DNA of 64,000 nt from Lentimicrobiaceae bacterium (lineage in GTDB: Bacteria > Bacteroidota > Bacteroidia > Bacteroidales > JAAYJT01): positions 6,435-70,434 of the forward strand of contig JBBIKG010000018.1 of assembly GCA_037445555.1 (NCBI GenBank), in the 5' to 3' direction. Shown piece after piece: positions 28,534-38,217 of the stretch. The first letter of the stretch is position 1. Each line of letters starts with the position of its first letter. A program made the translations under genes and the position numbers. The notes beneath the pieces are model-generated. The model saw only the letters and a program-made list of their open reading frames with translations. It made no database searches and was not told the origin of the DNA.

Positions 28534-29313
28534 ATGGAAAAATCGATGACCAACCCACAAATCATTAGCCACGAAAACCTGGTCTATAAAAAGTCCCGGG
28601 TACTTACCGATAATGTGCTTAGCTATTGCCCCGGCTGCGGCCATGGAACCGTGCACCGCCTCATTGCCGAGGTAATCGACGAAATGGGAATACAGGACAA
28701 GTCTATCGGCATAGCGCCGGTCGGCTGCTCAGTACTTGCCTATAAATTCTTTGATATTGATATGCAGCAGGCGGCGCACGGACGTGCTCCGGCACTCGCC
28801 ACGGCCATCAAACGCCTTTTGCCCGACAGATTTGTTTTTACCTATCAGGGCGATGGTGACCTTGCTGCCATCGGTACCGCCGAAACGATTCACGCGTGCA
28901 ACCGTGGCGAGAATTTTACCGTTATCTTTATCAATAACGGCATTTATGGAATGACCGGCGGCCAGATGGCGCCCACCACGCTGGCCGGCATGAAGTCATC
29001 CACATCGCCCTACGGCCGCGACCTGCATATAATGGGCAATCCCCTTAAAATTACCGAACTCGTCGCCCAGTTGCCCGGAACGTGTTTTGTAACACGCCAG
29101 GCTGTGCATACTCCGGCCAATGTTCGTAAGGCGAAAAAAGCAATCAGGCTGGCATTCGAATACCAGAGCCGGAATATGGGTCTGAGCTTCATCGAGGTAG
29201 TTTCGAATTGCAACTCGGGATGGAAAATGACACCCAACCAGGCAAACCAATGGATGGTTGAGAATATGTTTCCGTTCTACCCGCTTGGCGATATCAAAAC
29301 ACCCGAAAAGTAA
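28534..29313 (+). CDS. 2-oxoacid:ferredoxin oxidoreductase beta subunit (TPP-binding)
   Basis: YCPGCGHG ... GDGDLAAIG ... NNGIYGMTGGQ is a TPP-binding motif. Confidence 0.85.
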   Translation: MEKSMTNPQIISHENLVYKKSRVLTDNVLSYCPGCGHGTVHRLIAEVIDEMGIQDKSIGIAPVGCSVLAYKFFDIDMQQAAHGRAPALATAIKRLLPDRFVFTYQGDGDLAAIGTAETIHACNRGENFTVIFINNGIYGMTGGQMAPTTLAGMKSSTSPYGRDLHIMGNPLKITELVAQLPGTCFVTRQAVHTPANVRKAKKAIRLAFEYQSRNMGLSFIEVVSNCNSGWKMTPNQANQWMVENMFPFYPLGDIKTPEK

Positions 29314-29351
29314 ACCCTTTACCCGATCATAAACCTAACACCTCACTATCA

Positions 29352-29897
29352 ATGACAGAAGAATTAATCATAGCCGGTTTTGGAGGACAAGGCGTACTTT
29401 CGATGGGTAAAATTCTTGCCTACAGCGGTATTATGCAGGATCAGGAAGTTAGCTGGATGCCTTCGTACGGACCCGAGATGCGAGGAGGTACCGCCAATGT
29501 TACCGTTATCCTGAGTGATGAGCGCATCTCAAGTCCAATCCTCAACCAATACGATACAGCCATCATACTCAACCAGCAGTCGATGGATAAGTTTGAAAAA
29601 ACGGTTAAGCCCGGCGGCGTGTTAATCTATGACAGCAATGGTATCACAAGACATCCCGAGCGAAAAGATATTACCATATACCGGGTTGATGCCGCCGATG
29701 AAGCTGCAAAGATGGGGCTGACCAAGGTATTTAACATGATCGTGCTGGGTGGATATCTGAAGGCTAAACCCGTTGTTGAGCTGGAAAATGTTATACTTGG
29801 ACTGAAGAAATCTCTTCCCACACGCTACCATAACCTTATCCCTGAGAATGAAAAAGCCATCCGAAGGGGTATGGAGATCATCACCAGGGTACCCTGA
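29352..29897 (+). CDS. 2-oxoacid:ferredoxin oxidoreductase gamma subunit
   Basis: IIAGFGGQGVLSMGKILA ... YGPEMRGG is a gamma-subunit signature. Confidence 0.85.
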   Translation: MTEELIIAGFGGQGVLSMGKILAYSGIMQDQEVSWMPSYGPEMRGGTANVTVILSDERISSPILNQYDTAIILNQQSMDKFEKTVKPGGVLIYDSNGITRHPERKDITIYRVDAADEAAKMGLTKVFNMIVLGGYLKAKPVVELENVILGLKKSLPTRYHNLIPENEKAIRRGMEIITRVP

Positions 29898-29980
29898 GAG
29901 TTTTACCCAATTAGGTTTTTTCCGGCAAGCCCTATCTGATTTCATCAGGCACTGACCGCTGTTGTCTGTTACTTCTTTCG

Positions 29981-30012
29981 ATTACCGGCCATTCTGCCGG
30001 TAATATTTTTTT
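29981..30012 (+). terminator. rho-independent terminator of the oxidoreductase operon
   Basis: Perfect 9-bp stem attaccggc / gccggtaat with a 6-nt loop, followed by a + 7 T. Confidence 0.7.
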
Positions 30013-30067
30013 GTGCCGGTCGTTTAAGATATCAGAATTGCATGGCAACCTACTGAATTCATTGTTT

Positions 30068-31984
30068 ATGAAAGTATCTTTCCGGCTGATATCTGCGTGC
30101 CTGATGTGCCTGGCCGTAGGCCTGGCGCCTGTACAGGCCCTGGCACAGCAAAATCCCGTTAATACATCTGCAAACTCAGTTGCAGAACCGGAGGCGGCTA
30201 CAGGCTTTACTGCGCAATCTGCCACCCTGTTCATCAACAGGTTTCTGCAGCAGCAACAGATGCATCAAGCCGCCGGGGGTACTCTTGAGCAGTCGTTGCG
30301 CCGCCTGCTTGACCAGGCAGCTGAGCCTTTTGATTCGGTGCGCCTGCGGCTCGAACGTATTCCCGTCAGTCCTGCGCTCGTGAAGCCAATGGCCGTTGCA
30401 TATCAGGATACCCTGCCTTTGCGATGGCTGGATCCAAGACATTTCATCATTGATACGGTCAGGCTCGATCGCGAACCCGTCGTGATCTACAAAACCATAC
30501 TCATGCGCGCCCTCGATCCTGTCGCACTTTCAGTGCTTGAACCGTCGCCCCTGCTCAAAAACCAGGTCGAAGCCCTTCTTAAAGCCTCTGATACCATTAC
30601 CAATGTAAGGATTGACTATACTTATCTCTCAAAGAAAAATATACAGGTGTTTGAACTGCGTGGTGGCCAGGTGTATCCGTCCGTTGTTGGTGACAAAAGC
30701 GCTGCAACTGCGATAATTCTCGACGATTCTGCCAACCTTGTTATATCCGGATTCCGCACGGTGTTTTCTGACACAGAAGGGAAAAGGTTTGGAAGTGTTT
30801 ATGACCTGCAGGCCTCCGATTCGCTGCAGCGCGCTGTTCACACCTTGATTTCCTACGTGCAGCAACGGGATTCGATACTTATTCAACTCAGAAATCATGA
30901 CGGTCATGTCACCGGCTTCTGGCTCTCAGGTATAAGAGATGATCTGTTTCGTTACTGGGTGAAAAACTCTAGTGACGATTCGGTCTCCATCTGGCTGGGA
31001 AACCCCCGAAAACAAGACCTGACACTGGTTCTTGAAGATAATGTTCGCATCGAACGGATGCGGAAATGGCGTTCGGATGAAGCCTTGATTACATTTCCTA
31101 AGCCTTCGAGAATGCTTCAGCCGATGAAACCTGTGACAGAAACACCTGCCTATTGGGATGTGGGGTATAACAGCTCGTTTTCTTTCAATCAGAACTACCT
31201 CTCAAACTGGGCAAGGGGAGGAGAGAGCTCATTTTCGGGCATGTTAGATGCAGGGAGCAGGGCGGTATACACCAATAAAGAGAACAAAACCCAGTGGACA
31301 AACACGTTAAGGCTTCGCTACGGTGCTATCTGGACAAAAGCTAGGGGGATTCGTACCAGTAACGATATTCTTGAGCTGAACTCCAAATACAACAAAGTGA
31401 TCAAAGGAAAGTTGGATTTCAGCACGGTCATGTTCATGAAAACCCAGGTGGCAAAAGGCTATAAACTTCCTGCCGATACAAGGCCAGTATCTAAATTCAT
31501 GAGCCCGGGATCGATTATCGTGGGTATGGGGTTGGAATACAAGCCATGGGAAAAAACGATGATCAATTTCAGCATGCTAAGCTATAAAAACACGTTTGTA
31601 CTCGATACAGCCAGCATCGATCAGCGCACTTTTGGCATTGACAGGTTTAAAAAGTCGAAACAGGAAATGGGCGGGCAGCTTGTGATGAAAAACACAATGA
31701 CCGTGCTTGATGGCACCAACCTGTCAAACTCTGTCCGTCTGTTTTCGAACTACCTCAGCAACCCTCAAAATGTGGATGTGGAATGGGAGATGAGTGTCGA
31801 AAAACAAATTAACTGGTTTCTGGGTGTGCGGTTTAGCTTTCACCTTATATATGACGATGATTCCCGATTTCCTGTGCTGGATGAGGCCGGCAAACCCATT
31901 CTTTTACCAGACGGATCAAAAAAACTGCAACCCCGTACCCAACTCAACCAGTTTATGGGTTTGACATTTTCCATCAAACTTTAG
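30068..31984 (+). CDS. DUF3078-like outer-membrane protein
   Basis: Signal peptide MKVSFRLISACLMCLAVGLAPVQALA. The C-terminal half has the NQNYLSNWARGGESS motif and a beta-strand pattern typical of DUF3078. The track start at 30011 is an upstream extension. Confidence 0.7.
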   Translation: MKVSFRLISACLMCLAVGLAPVQALAQQNPVNTSANSVAEPEAATGFTAQSATLFINRFLQQQQMHQAAGGTLEQSLRRLLDQAAEPFDSVRLRLERIPVSPALVKPMAVAYQDTLPLRWLDPRHFIIDTVRLDREPVVIYKTILMRALDPVALSVLEPSPLLKNQVEALLKASDTITNVRIDYTYLSKKNIQVFELRGGQVYPSVVGDKSAATAIILDDSANLVISGFRTVFSDTEGKRFGSVYDLQASDSLQRAVHTLISYVQQRDSILIQLRNHDGHVTGFWLSGIRDDLFRYWVKNSSDDSVSIWLGNPRKQDLTLVLEDNVRIERMRKWRSDEALITFPKPSRMLQPMKPVTETPAYWDVGYNSSFSFNQNYLSNWARGGESSFSGMLDAGSRAVYTNKENKTQWTNTLRLRYGAIWTKARGIRTSNDILELNSKYNKVIKGKLDFSTVMFMKTQVAKGYKLPADTRPVSKFMSPGSIIVGMGLEYKPWEKTMINFSMLSYKNTFVLDTASIDQRTFGIDRFKKSKQEMGGQLVMKNTMTVLDGTNLSNSVRLFSNYLSNPQNVDVEWEMSVEKQINWFLGVRFSFHLIYDDDSRFPVLDEAGKPILLPDGSKKLQPRTQLNQFMGLTFSIKL

Positions 31985-33141
31985 GGACCGTTCAGCAATT
32001 TCTTTTCGAGGATTGCAGCTTTTTCGCTGATATGCAACATTTTGTAAAGATACTGCATTTTTGAGATTGTAGCTTTGTCTGCAGGCCGGGTTGCATAGAC
32101 TTCATCCAGCAAAGTCACCGCTGAGTTAAAGGAGCTGGCTGCTCGGTCTTTCTCTGTTTGAAAATAGCTGCGGTTTGAAATCGCCCTGGACTTTACCTCG
32201 ATCTCTACGCCCTGGTTGTAGTAGCAGGTGGCGAGGCTGAGCATGATTTGTACATTATCTGGTGCATGTTTCAATGCTTCGGTGTAAGACAGAAGCGCGT
32301 TACGGTTATCGTCGGCATGTTCGTAGGCCAATCCTTTTGCAGCAAACAAAGCAGAATTTGAGGGCCTAATTCCTATTGCCTGATCAAGAACGCGTACGGC
32401 TTCCTTGAAATCACCTGAACGAAGGTAGTAATCAGCAAACATGAGCACGAGCGTTTCGCTGTCATTGATTCGTTCTATGTTTTCTTGCAAAATTACCTTG
32501 GCACGAATGGTATCTGCGTTTTGCAACAGAGCCTCAAAAAGAAGCTGCGAGAGTTGTAACGATGGTTTGGTTTCGTTAAGCTGCCAGAGATATCTTGTCG
32601 CCTTCTCCCAGTTCGAGCTTTCGTAGGCTGCCAGCGCTGTATTGTACATCAGGCTGGTGTCGGGCTGAAGCGAAACGAACGGCTTTTGGGAGATTTCCAT
32701 TGCTGTTTCAAATGCCTTGAGTGCGGCATCTGGCCTTCGGTTTTTGAATTGATTCTCGCCAAGTTTCTGAAACCCATTTATCATTTGCACATACTTCGGT
32801 CTGACCTGTTTCCTGAGTGCATCACTTCCGGCCAGCGAAATCGCCTTTTCGTATGATTCATATGCTGTGTAAAGCTGATTTGGGTAGAGCTCGATAAGTT
32901 TTTTATCGTTCTTCCTTTCTCCTTCGAAATAGGCTACCAGGCAAAGATTACCGCGTACGACCCACACCCTTGCCTGTTTAGCCATCTTTTCATTTGCAAT
33001 AAGATCCTCCACCACTCCCTTGGCTTCGTTGTATTTGGATGTCTCCATCAGGTGCGACACGGCTATCAGTCGGCTTTTCTGCAGGGGGGCAACCGATTTG
33101 CAGCCTGAGAGTATTATTGCCAGAATTAGAAGCTTTCTCAT
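31981..33141 (-). CDS. TPR-repeat lipoprotein
   Basis: MRKLLILAIILSGC lipobox, then repeated TPR-like A/Y/L helical pairs. Confidence 0.65.
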   Translation of the reverse strand: MRKLLILAIILSGCKSVAPLQKSRLIAVSHLMETSKYNEAKGVVEDLIANEKMAKQARVWVVRGNLCLVAYFEGERKNDKKLIELYPNQLYTAYESYEKAISLAGSDALRKQVRPKYVQMINGFQKLGENQFKNRRPDAALKAFETAMEISQKPFVSLQPDTSLMYNTALAAYESSNWEKATRYLWQLNETKPSLQLSQLLFEALLQNADTIRAKVILQENIERINDSETLVLMFADYYLRSGDFKEAVRVLDQAIGIRPSNSALFAAKGLAYEHADDNRNALLSYTEALKHAPDNVQIMLSLATCYYNQGVEIEVKSRAISNRSYFQTEKDRAASSFNSAVTLLDEVYATRPADKATISKMQYLYKMLHISEKAAILEKKLLNGP

Positions 33142-33349
33142 ATCTGTAGGTACCACTGGCAAATGAAAGTTACCTCATTGATCCAGCAGAATGATTTTAA
33201 AAAGAGGGATAATTATTTCTGCCTTGATCAGAACGAAATTCTTTCCTTCGCATTGTACATGATGAATTAAATCCTGAGTGATGCGAATACCGCAGCGGTC
33301 TATGGCTACCTTTGTTTAACAATTGCCACGAACTAATTTCTGTGCGACT

Positions 33350-34120
33350 ATGAAAAACCCGGATTGGCTTGGCGAATTACTTGAATCTGCTTACTGCAAA
33401 TACAACTCTCCCACATTTATCAGTGATGATCCGATTGCCATTCCTCACATGTTTTCAAAGCTAGGCGATATTGAAATCAGTGGCTTTTTTGCTGCAATGC
33501 TTTCGTGGGGTCGGCGCGAACAGATCGTGAAAGCCTCGTTGGAGCTGATGCGACGCTTCGATTTTGAACCGTACGATTTTGTGATCAATGCCTCAGCCGA
33601 TGAGTTGAAACGCGTCACCCCATTTGTCCACAGAACTTTCAATTCTATTGATTGTGAGGTGTTTATTCTGCAATTAAGATACTTGCTGCATCGGTACAAG
33701 ACACTCGAAAATGCTTTCACCGTCGATTGTCAGGAAAAGGATACAGCACAGCGTATCAGCAATTTTAAACAGAAATTCTTCATCGGAAACCATGTTCGGA
33801 GAAGCGAAAAACACCTTCCCGATCCCCATCGCGGGTCGGCAGCCAAGCGATTAAATATGTTTCTCAGATGGATGGTACGATATGACGGCAGGGGAGTCGA
33901 TTTCGGTATCTGGAAGACGGTAAGGCCTGAGGACTTAATATGTCCGCTCGATCTGCATTCAGGAAACGTAGCCAGGCGGCTCGGGCTGCTCGAACGTAAA
34001 CCGAATGACTGGAAAGCTGCCGTCGAACTTACCCAAAACCTCAAGCAGTTTGATGCAAGCGATCCTGTGAAATATGATTTTGCCCTGTTTGGTTTGGGAT
34101 GGTACGAGAAATTCAGGTAA
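33350..34120 (+). CDS. TIGR02757/DUF2400 family protein
   Basis: ISDDPIAIPHMF ... EISGFFAAMLSWGRRE ... CPLDLHSGNVARRLGLL matches my memory of this family. A TAnnTTTG motif (tacctttg, 33307-33314) favours the ATG at 33350 over the TTG at 33323. Confidence 0.75.
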   Translation: MKNPDWLGELLESAYCKYNSPTFISDDPIAIPHMFSKLGDIEISGFFAAMLSWGRREQIVKASLELMRRFDFEPYDFVINASADELKRVTPFVHRTFNSIDCEVFILQLRYLLHRYKTLENAFTVDCQEKDTAQRISNFKQKFFIGNHVRRSEKHLPDPHRGSAAKRLNMFLRWMVRYDGRGVDFGIWKTVRPEDLICPLDLHSGNVARRLGLLERKPNDWKAAVELTQNLKQFDASDPVKYDFALFGLGWYEKFR

Positions 34121-34197
34121 GCCCGGGGCATTCGCACCTTGGTCGTGAACATCAGGATGAATTAGTTGTTTATGACTTGCACCAAATAATTCAACGA

Positions 34198-34734
34198 ATG
34201 AAAACAATTTTTTTATTTACTCTTATACTCATTGCAGTTATGTCAACCTATGCTCAGCCATCTGTACATTCCTTCAAAATAAAAACCCTCAGCGGTGAAA
34301 TATTTGATATGGCATCGCTAAAGGGCAAAAAGGTATTGATTGTAAATACGGCATCAAAATGCGGACTTACTCCCCAGTTCAAACAGCTTCAGCAATTGTA
34401 CGATACGTACCAGGACAGAAATTTTGTGATCATCGGATTTCCGGCCAATAATTTCCTTAACCAGGAGCCCGGCACAAATGAAGAAATAGCTGAGTTCTGT
34501 TCTACGAATTATGGGGTTACCTTTCCGATGATGTCCAAAATTTCCGTCAAGGGCGATGATATGGACCCAATCTATCAGTGGCTGACAAAAAAGAGCCTGA
34601 ATGGTGTCGCCGATTCTGAGGTCTCGTGGAATTTTCAGAAGTATCTGATCGATGAGCAGGGCAGGCTGGTAAAATCATTCTCGCCGCGCACCAGCCCTAT
34701 GGCCGACGAAATTGTTGAGTGGATACAGAAATAG
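34198..34734 (+). CDS. glutathione peroxidase family protein (Cys-type) with signal peptide
   Basis: VLIVNTASKCGLTPQFKQLQQLY ... IIGFPANNFLNQEPG ... WNFQKYLI. Confidence 0.85.
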   Translation: MKTIFLFTLILIAVMSTYAQPSVHSFKIKTLSGEIFDMASLKGKKVLIVNTASKCGLTPQFKQLQQLYDTYQDRNFVIIGFPANNFLNQEPGTNEEIAEFCSTNYGVTFPMMSKISVKGDDMDPIYQWLTKKSLNGVADSEVSWNFQKYLIDEQGRLVKSFSPRTSPMADEIVEWIQK

Positions 34735-34742
34735 TATCCTTG

Positions 34743-35507
34743 TCAGCCTCGTGTAAATATCCATCTATTTACGTCCGACAAGGGTTCCATGTAGTGGTAG
34801 CCCTCAGAGTCGAACAGTTTGAGGTCCTCTGCAACCGTAATGGCGTTTTTTATTATGAATCGTGTCATCAGGCCACGTGCACGCTTCGCATACATTGATA
34901 TTACCTTATACTTCCCCTGGCTATATTCCTGAAACACCGGTTGAATGACCCTGGTCTTCAGATTCCTGAAACCTATGGCTTTCGCATACTCATCCGAAGC
35001 AAGGTTGATCAGGATTCCAGACCTCTCCCCGGCAAGCAGCTGCTGAAGATGAGCGGTGATCGAACCCGTCCAAAACTGATATAGATCTTTATTTTCAGCC
35101 ACTCCAAGTTTCGTAGCCATCTCGAGGCGATAAGGTAAAATCAGGTCAAACGGGCGGAGGACGCCATACAAGCCTGACAAAACCCTGAGGTGCCGTTGAG
35201 CAAAATCCAGCTCCTGGGCAGATAAATCATCTGCCTGCAAGCCCTGATACACATTGCCCCTGTAGACCAGAATAGCAGGTTTGCCCTGGGAAACATGCTC
35301 CTCAGTGCGCCACTGGGCATAACTATGAGCCGCCTGAGAGGCCAGTTTATAACTGAGGTTAAGGAGTTGTTCAAGTTGCGACAGGCCGAGGGTTCTCATT
35401 TCTTCGGCAATTGCTGATGCTTGGTTCAGAAAAACCGGCAAGGTGGCCTGTTCGAGATTCCGGACATCAAAATCAAGAGTTTTAGCCGGGGATAGTAGTG
35501 CAATCAT
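34743..35507 (-). CDS. yaaA: peroxide stress protein YaaA (UPF0246/DUF328)
   Basis: MIALLSPAKTLDF ... LSGLYGVLRPFDLILPYRLEM. Confidence 0.85.
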   Translation of the reverse strand: MIALLSPAKTLDFDVRNLEQATLPVFLNQASAIAEEMRTLGLSQLEQLLNLSYKLASQAAHSYAQWRTEEHVSQGKPAILVYRGNVYQGLQADDLSAQELDFAQRHLRVLSGLYGVLRPFDLILPYRLEMATKLGVAENKDLYQFWTGSITAHLQQLLAGERSGILINLASDEYAKAIGFRNLKTRVIQPVFQEYSQGKYKVISMYAKRARGLMTRFIIKNAITVAEDLKLFDSEGYHYMEPLSDVNRWIFTRG

Positions 35508-35710
35508 TTACGTGTTTTATTCAGGAACAAACAAATGTCAAACTTGGTTTAACGTTCCGTGCGGAAATACTCCGTCCGTTGCATAAGTTTTCCGGATTTC
35601 CCATTCAACGAAAAATTCGCATATGCAGGTGGAAGTCATTCCTGAATGGAGCAGGACAAGGTACCAGCCCAATATTTATCTTTTCTTAGACAGTGCCGGT
35701 TACAACTCAT

Positions 35711-36232
35711 TCAGATCCGCCAAGGATATTGCTTCCTCACCACGCAATGCCTGCCGGTAGGCTCAAAGGCCAGGTCAATCCGGAATACTAACCCGGGTTG
35801 ATCATGTAAATACGGCTCCACAATTTTCACTAAGTATTTTTTCGCTTTCATGCCCCTGATTTCAATCTCCATGTCGTATAAACACAGGCAGCGGCAGGCA
35901 GCTTCCTTTTCGTATTCCTCAATAATCAATGTGTCACCGTTGAGCTTCGTCTGACAGTGCAGATACCCGGGACAACAATTAAATCCTGCATTCTCATGTA
36001 TGACCGAAAGTATGCCACTGGATTTGTCAAATGCATACCGTATACACGATAGGGTGTCACTTATTTCGGTTTCGGTCAGATCCATAGTTTTTTGCGCCTT
36101 GCATGATGTATGGCCGACCACCCTCCCTGAAGCCAGATGTTGATTGCTTTCGCAGAATTTGCCGCATGCGCTGAGGATCGCGAAAATGATAATGCTTGTA
36201 ATTGTAATGATAAAACTTTTATGGGCCATCAT
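35711..36232 (-). CDS. cysteine-rich lipoprotein, unknown function
   Basis: Lipobox ILSAC. Eleven further Cys residues include CCPGYLHC and ACRCLCLYD. Confidence 0.5.
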   Translation of the reverse strand: MMAHKSFIITITSIIIFAILSACGKFCESNQHLASGRVVGHTSCKAQKTMDLTETEISDTLSCIRYAFDKSSGILSVIHENAGFNCCPGYLHCQTKLNGDTLIIEEYEKEAACRCLCLYDMEIEIRGMKAKKYLVKIVEPYLHDQPGLVFRIDLAFEPTGRHCVVRKQYPWRI

Positions 36233-36245
36233 TATTAAAGTTTCT

Positions 36246-36764
36246 TCATAAGCTTACACCGAGGCTGAATCCCAAAGGAATAAACAGAATGTCCTCAGTT
36301 TCTCTGAACGGCCATTCAAAATACACACGAACGCTTATTCTGCCAGATACAAAAGGGTGCAGCCGATAACCGAATATGGGGTAAAAAAACAAATGCTGGT
36401 TGGTGTTACCATTTATAATGGTTGCGCCGAAGCCGGCTTCCGCGAAATTCCGCTTCCTGCCAAAGTTAATCGTTGTATGAACCGGTAGGGTGAAGTAGGT
36501 TGACGGAGGTGTGCACGGGCCCCAAACGCATAACCTAAACTCCTGGTTAAACCCTGCGCCTATCCTGGCTGCAACCATGAAGGTTGAATCGACCATAAAC
36601 AAGCGTTCAAAATTGATGGCAAAGATGGAGGCATCACCCAGGGCACTCAGGCTGATTACATGCAAAGGTCTTGACATGGGTTTCTGTTGCCCTGGCTGAG
36701 CGCAAAGGCCAGATGAGAGCATAATTATTGGCAGAAACAACCCTAGGTAAATGATTTTTATCAT
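36246..36764 (-). CDS. small putative outer-membrane beta-barrel protein
   Basis: Signal peptide MIKIIYLGLFLPIIMLSSGLCA, an alternating beta pattern, and a C-terminal ...FIPLGFSLGVSL. It lies 13 nt upstream of the Cys-rich lipoprotein gene. Confidence 0.45.
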   Translation of the reverse strand: MIKIIYLGLFLPIIMLSSGLCAQPGQQKPMSRPLHVISLSALGDASIFAINFERLFMVDSTFMVAARIGAGFNQEFRLCVWGPCTPPSTYFTLPVHTTINFGRKRNFAEAGFGATIINGNTNQHLFFYPIFGYRLHPFVSGRISVRVYFEWPFRETEDILFIPLGFSLGVSL

Positions 36765-37189
36765 CAAAGCGTATTTTTTCGTTTCAGACCTATTAGGTTT
36801 TGCGCACACATTCCTAAGCCTTATTCATTTTTGGATTAAAAAAATGGACCCTGACTTTGCTCCTGCAATCATTAATACTGAATAGCCATATCATGGTGGC
36901 AGTGTTGCCGTATTGAATCCTTCGATCATTCGTCAGACTAGCAAGTCGGAAAATTGCTTTCCGGATCCGGATTGCTATCATGATACTATTCTCCTTCACA
37001 ACTATCGACAGGAAAACTATTCAACTCACTAATTGCTTATAAAGATAGTCATTTATGTCGGCAATTGCAATCTTTCTGCCGAAAGAATCCATTACACGCT
37101 TTTAAGGATACATGGATACAAATTTTCGGATTCTTTAAAGACAAGATTCTGCCCGCCAACAGTCCTGAAAGGAAAAAAACATCACGATG

Positions 37190-37554
37190 TCAGATGTTTA
37201 CCTCGCCATCATCGGATTGCTCTGCGTGGAGGATATGCAGCAGGCGATGAATGATAGGGGCGAAAAATACGGCAGTGATGCTTTAGAAAGCCACACCACT
37301 GTATAGAGCATAAAACGAGGAGAAGAGTTTGGCCCCATCGGACGACATCGCCACCGCCGACCAACCGTCGGTGAGTATCATAAACGCCATATTAAAGCTG
37401 TCGATCCACAACAGGTGACCAAGCCCCTGTAGCCGGCAACTCCGATGGTCACCGAAATAATGATCAGCCCCAGGGCCAACAGCCTGTATTTACCCATGCG
37501 TATAGTAAATTCATTCAGCGAAAGTACGCGCTGATGTTTGTGTTCCAATTTCAT
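37190..37554 (-). pseudogene. disrupted small membrane (ion-channel-like) protein gene: one frameshift plus one in-frame TAA
   Basis: Frame 1 reads MKLEHKHQRVLSLNEFTIRMGKYRLLALGLIIISVTIGVAGY and then terminates. The hydrophobic reading continues in another frame as LGHLLWIDSFNMAFMILTDGWSAVAMSSDGAKLFSSFYALYSGVAF*SITAVFFAPIIHRLLHILH. The frame change is at the G4 run (37424-37427) and the stop is at 37283-37285. Confidence 0.45.
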
Positions 37555-37804
37555 TTTTTTCAAGTTTTTGCATGAGGTCTTCAAGGTAGTCAATCTGAAC
37601 CTCCTGAATTTTACGTAACTTCTTGTTCGGATGAACCATCAGGCGGTCAATTATTTTCGCTAAGCAGCTCTCGCAGTTATAAGTCGCATTTATTAATTGA
37701 ACTTATAAAGAGCGAACCTGATGGTATTCAAGTGCTATGGATGACCTACCTGAATGCTTTGGTACTTCCCCGAGGTTTCGGGCAATTGTGTGGTTGGTTC
37801 AGAT

Positions 37805-38191
37805 TTATTTCCGCTCAGTAAGCTCTGTCGCCCGATATGCCACAATCCGGCTGATCAGTTCAGAAGGCAAATGTTCGTCAGCCGGAAATTGTATGGCTCC
37901 GCGGGAGGTTTTGTATCGCTTTAGCTCCTCCCTGAATGCAATGATGGGAGAGGCTGTGGGGTAAAGTCCTATATGACTTTTATGTGCCGCATAGTACACA
38001 AGAATTTTTTTCATCCGAAAGGCAGGCATGTTGAAACTGATGGTTTCCTGTGCTTCAGGCACTACCCTTCTGATGATTGCGCGCAGTTCATCAAGTCTGG
38101 CCAAAACGGGCCCCTCAAAGGAGCGGTGGTATTCGTCAACTGAAGTAAACCTGACATCGCCGGATAGTGTTTTCTTCTGACTACTTTTCAT
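37805..38191 (-). CDS. DUF1801 (YdhG-like) domain protein
   Basis: SVDEYHRSFEGPVLARLDELRAIIRRVVPEAQETISFNMPAF ... HIGLYP ... GAIQFP. An alternative start at 38227 would overlap corA. Confidence 0.65.
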   Translation of the reverse strand: MKSSQKKTLSGDVRFTSVDEYHRSFEGPVLARLDELRAIIRRVVPEAQETISFNMPAFRMKKILVYYAAHKSHIGLYPTASPIIAFREELKRYKTSRGAIQFPADEHLPSELISRIVAYRATELTERK

Positions 38192-38217
38192 ACGGAGGAT
38201 TGGATGTTGCAGCAAGC

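Noticed and set aside
35620-35645. Inverted repeat CATTCctGAATG about 130 nt upstream of yaaA as a second peroxide-regulator operator
   Set aside because: It has only 5-bp arms with a 2-bp spacer, and neither the geometry nor the sequence matches the 7-1-7 box at 43641-43655. This could easily be chance.
37735-37802. Possible remnant of a Crp/Fnr-type helix-turn-helix (minus-strand reading TNHTIARNLG...)
   Set aside because: Only about 10 residues resemble the HTH, the continuation needs an assumed frameshift and a stop read-through, and the stretch is too short to support a pseudogene call. It is mentioned only as part of the decayed region.
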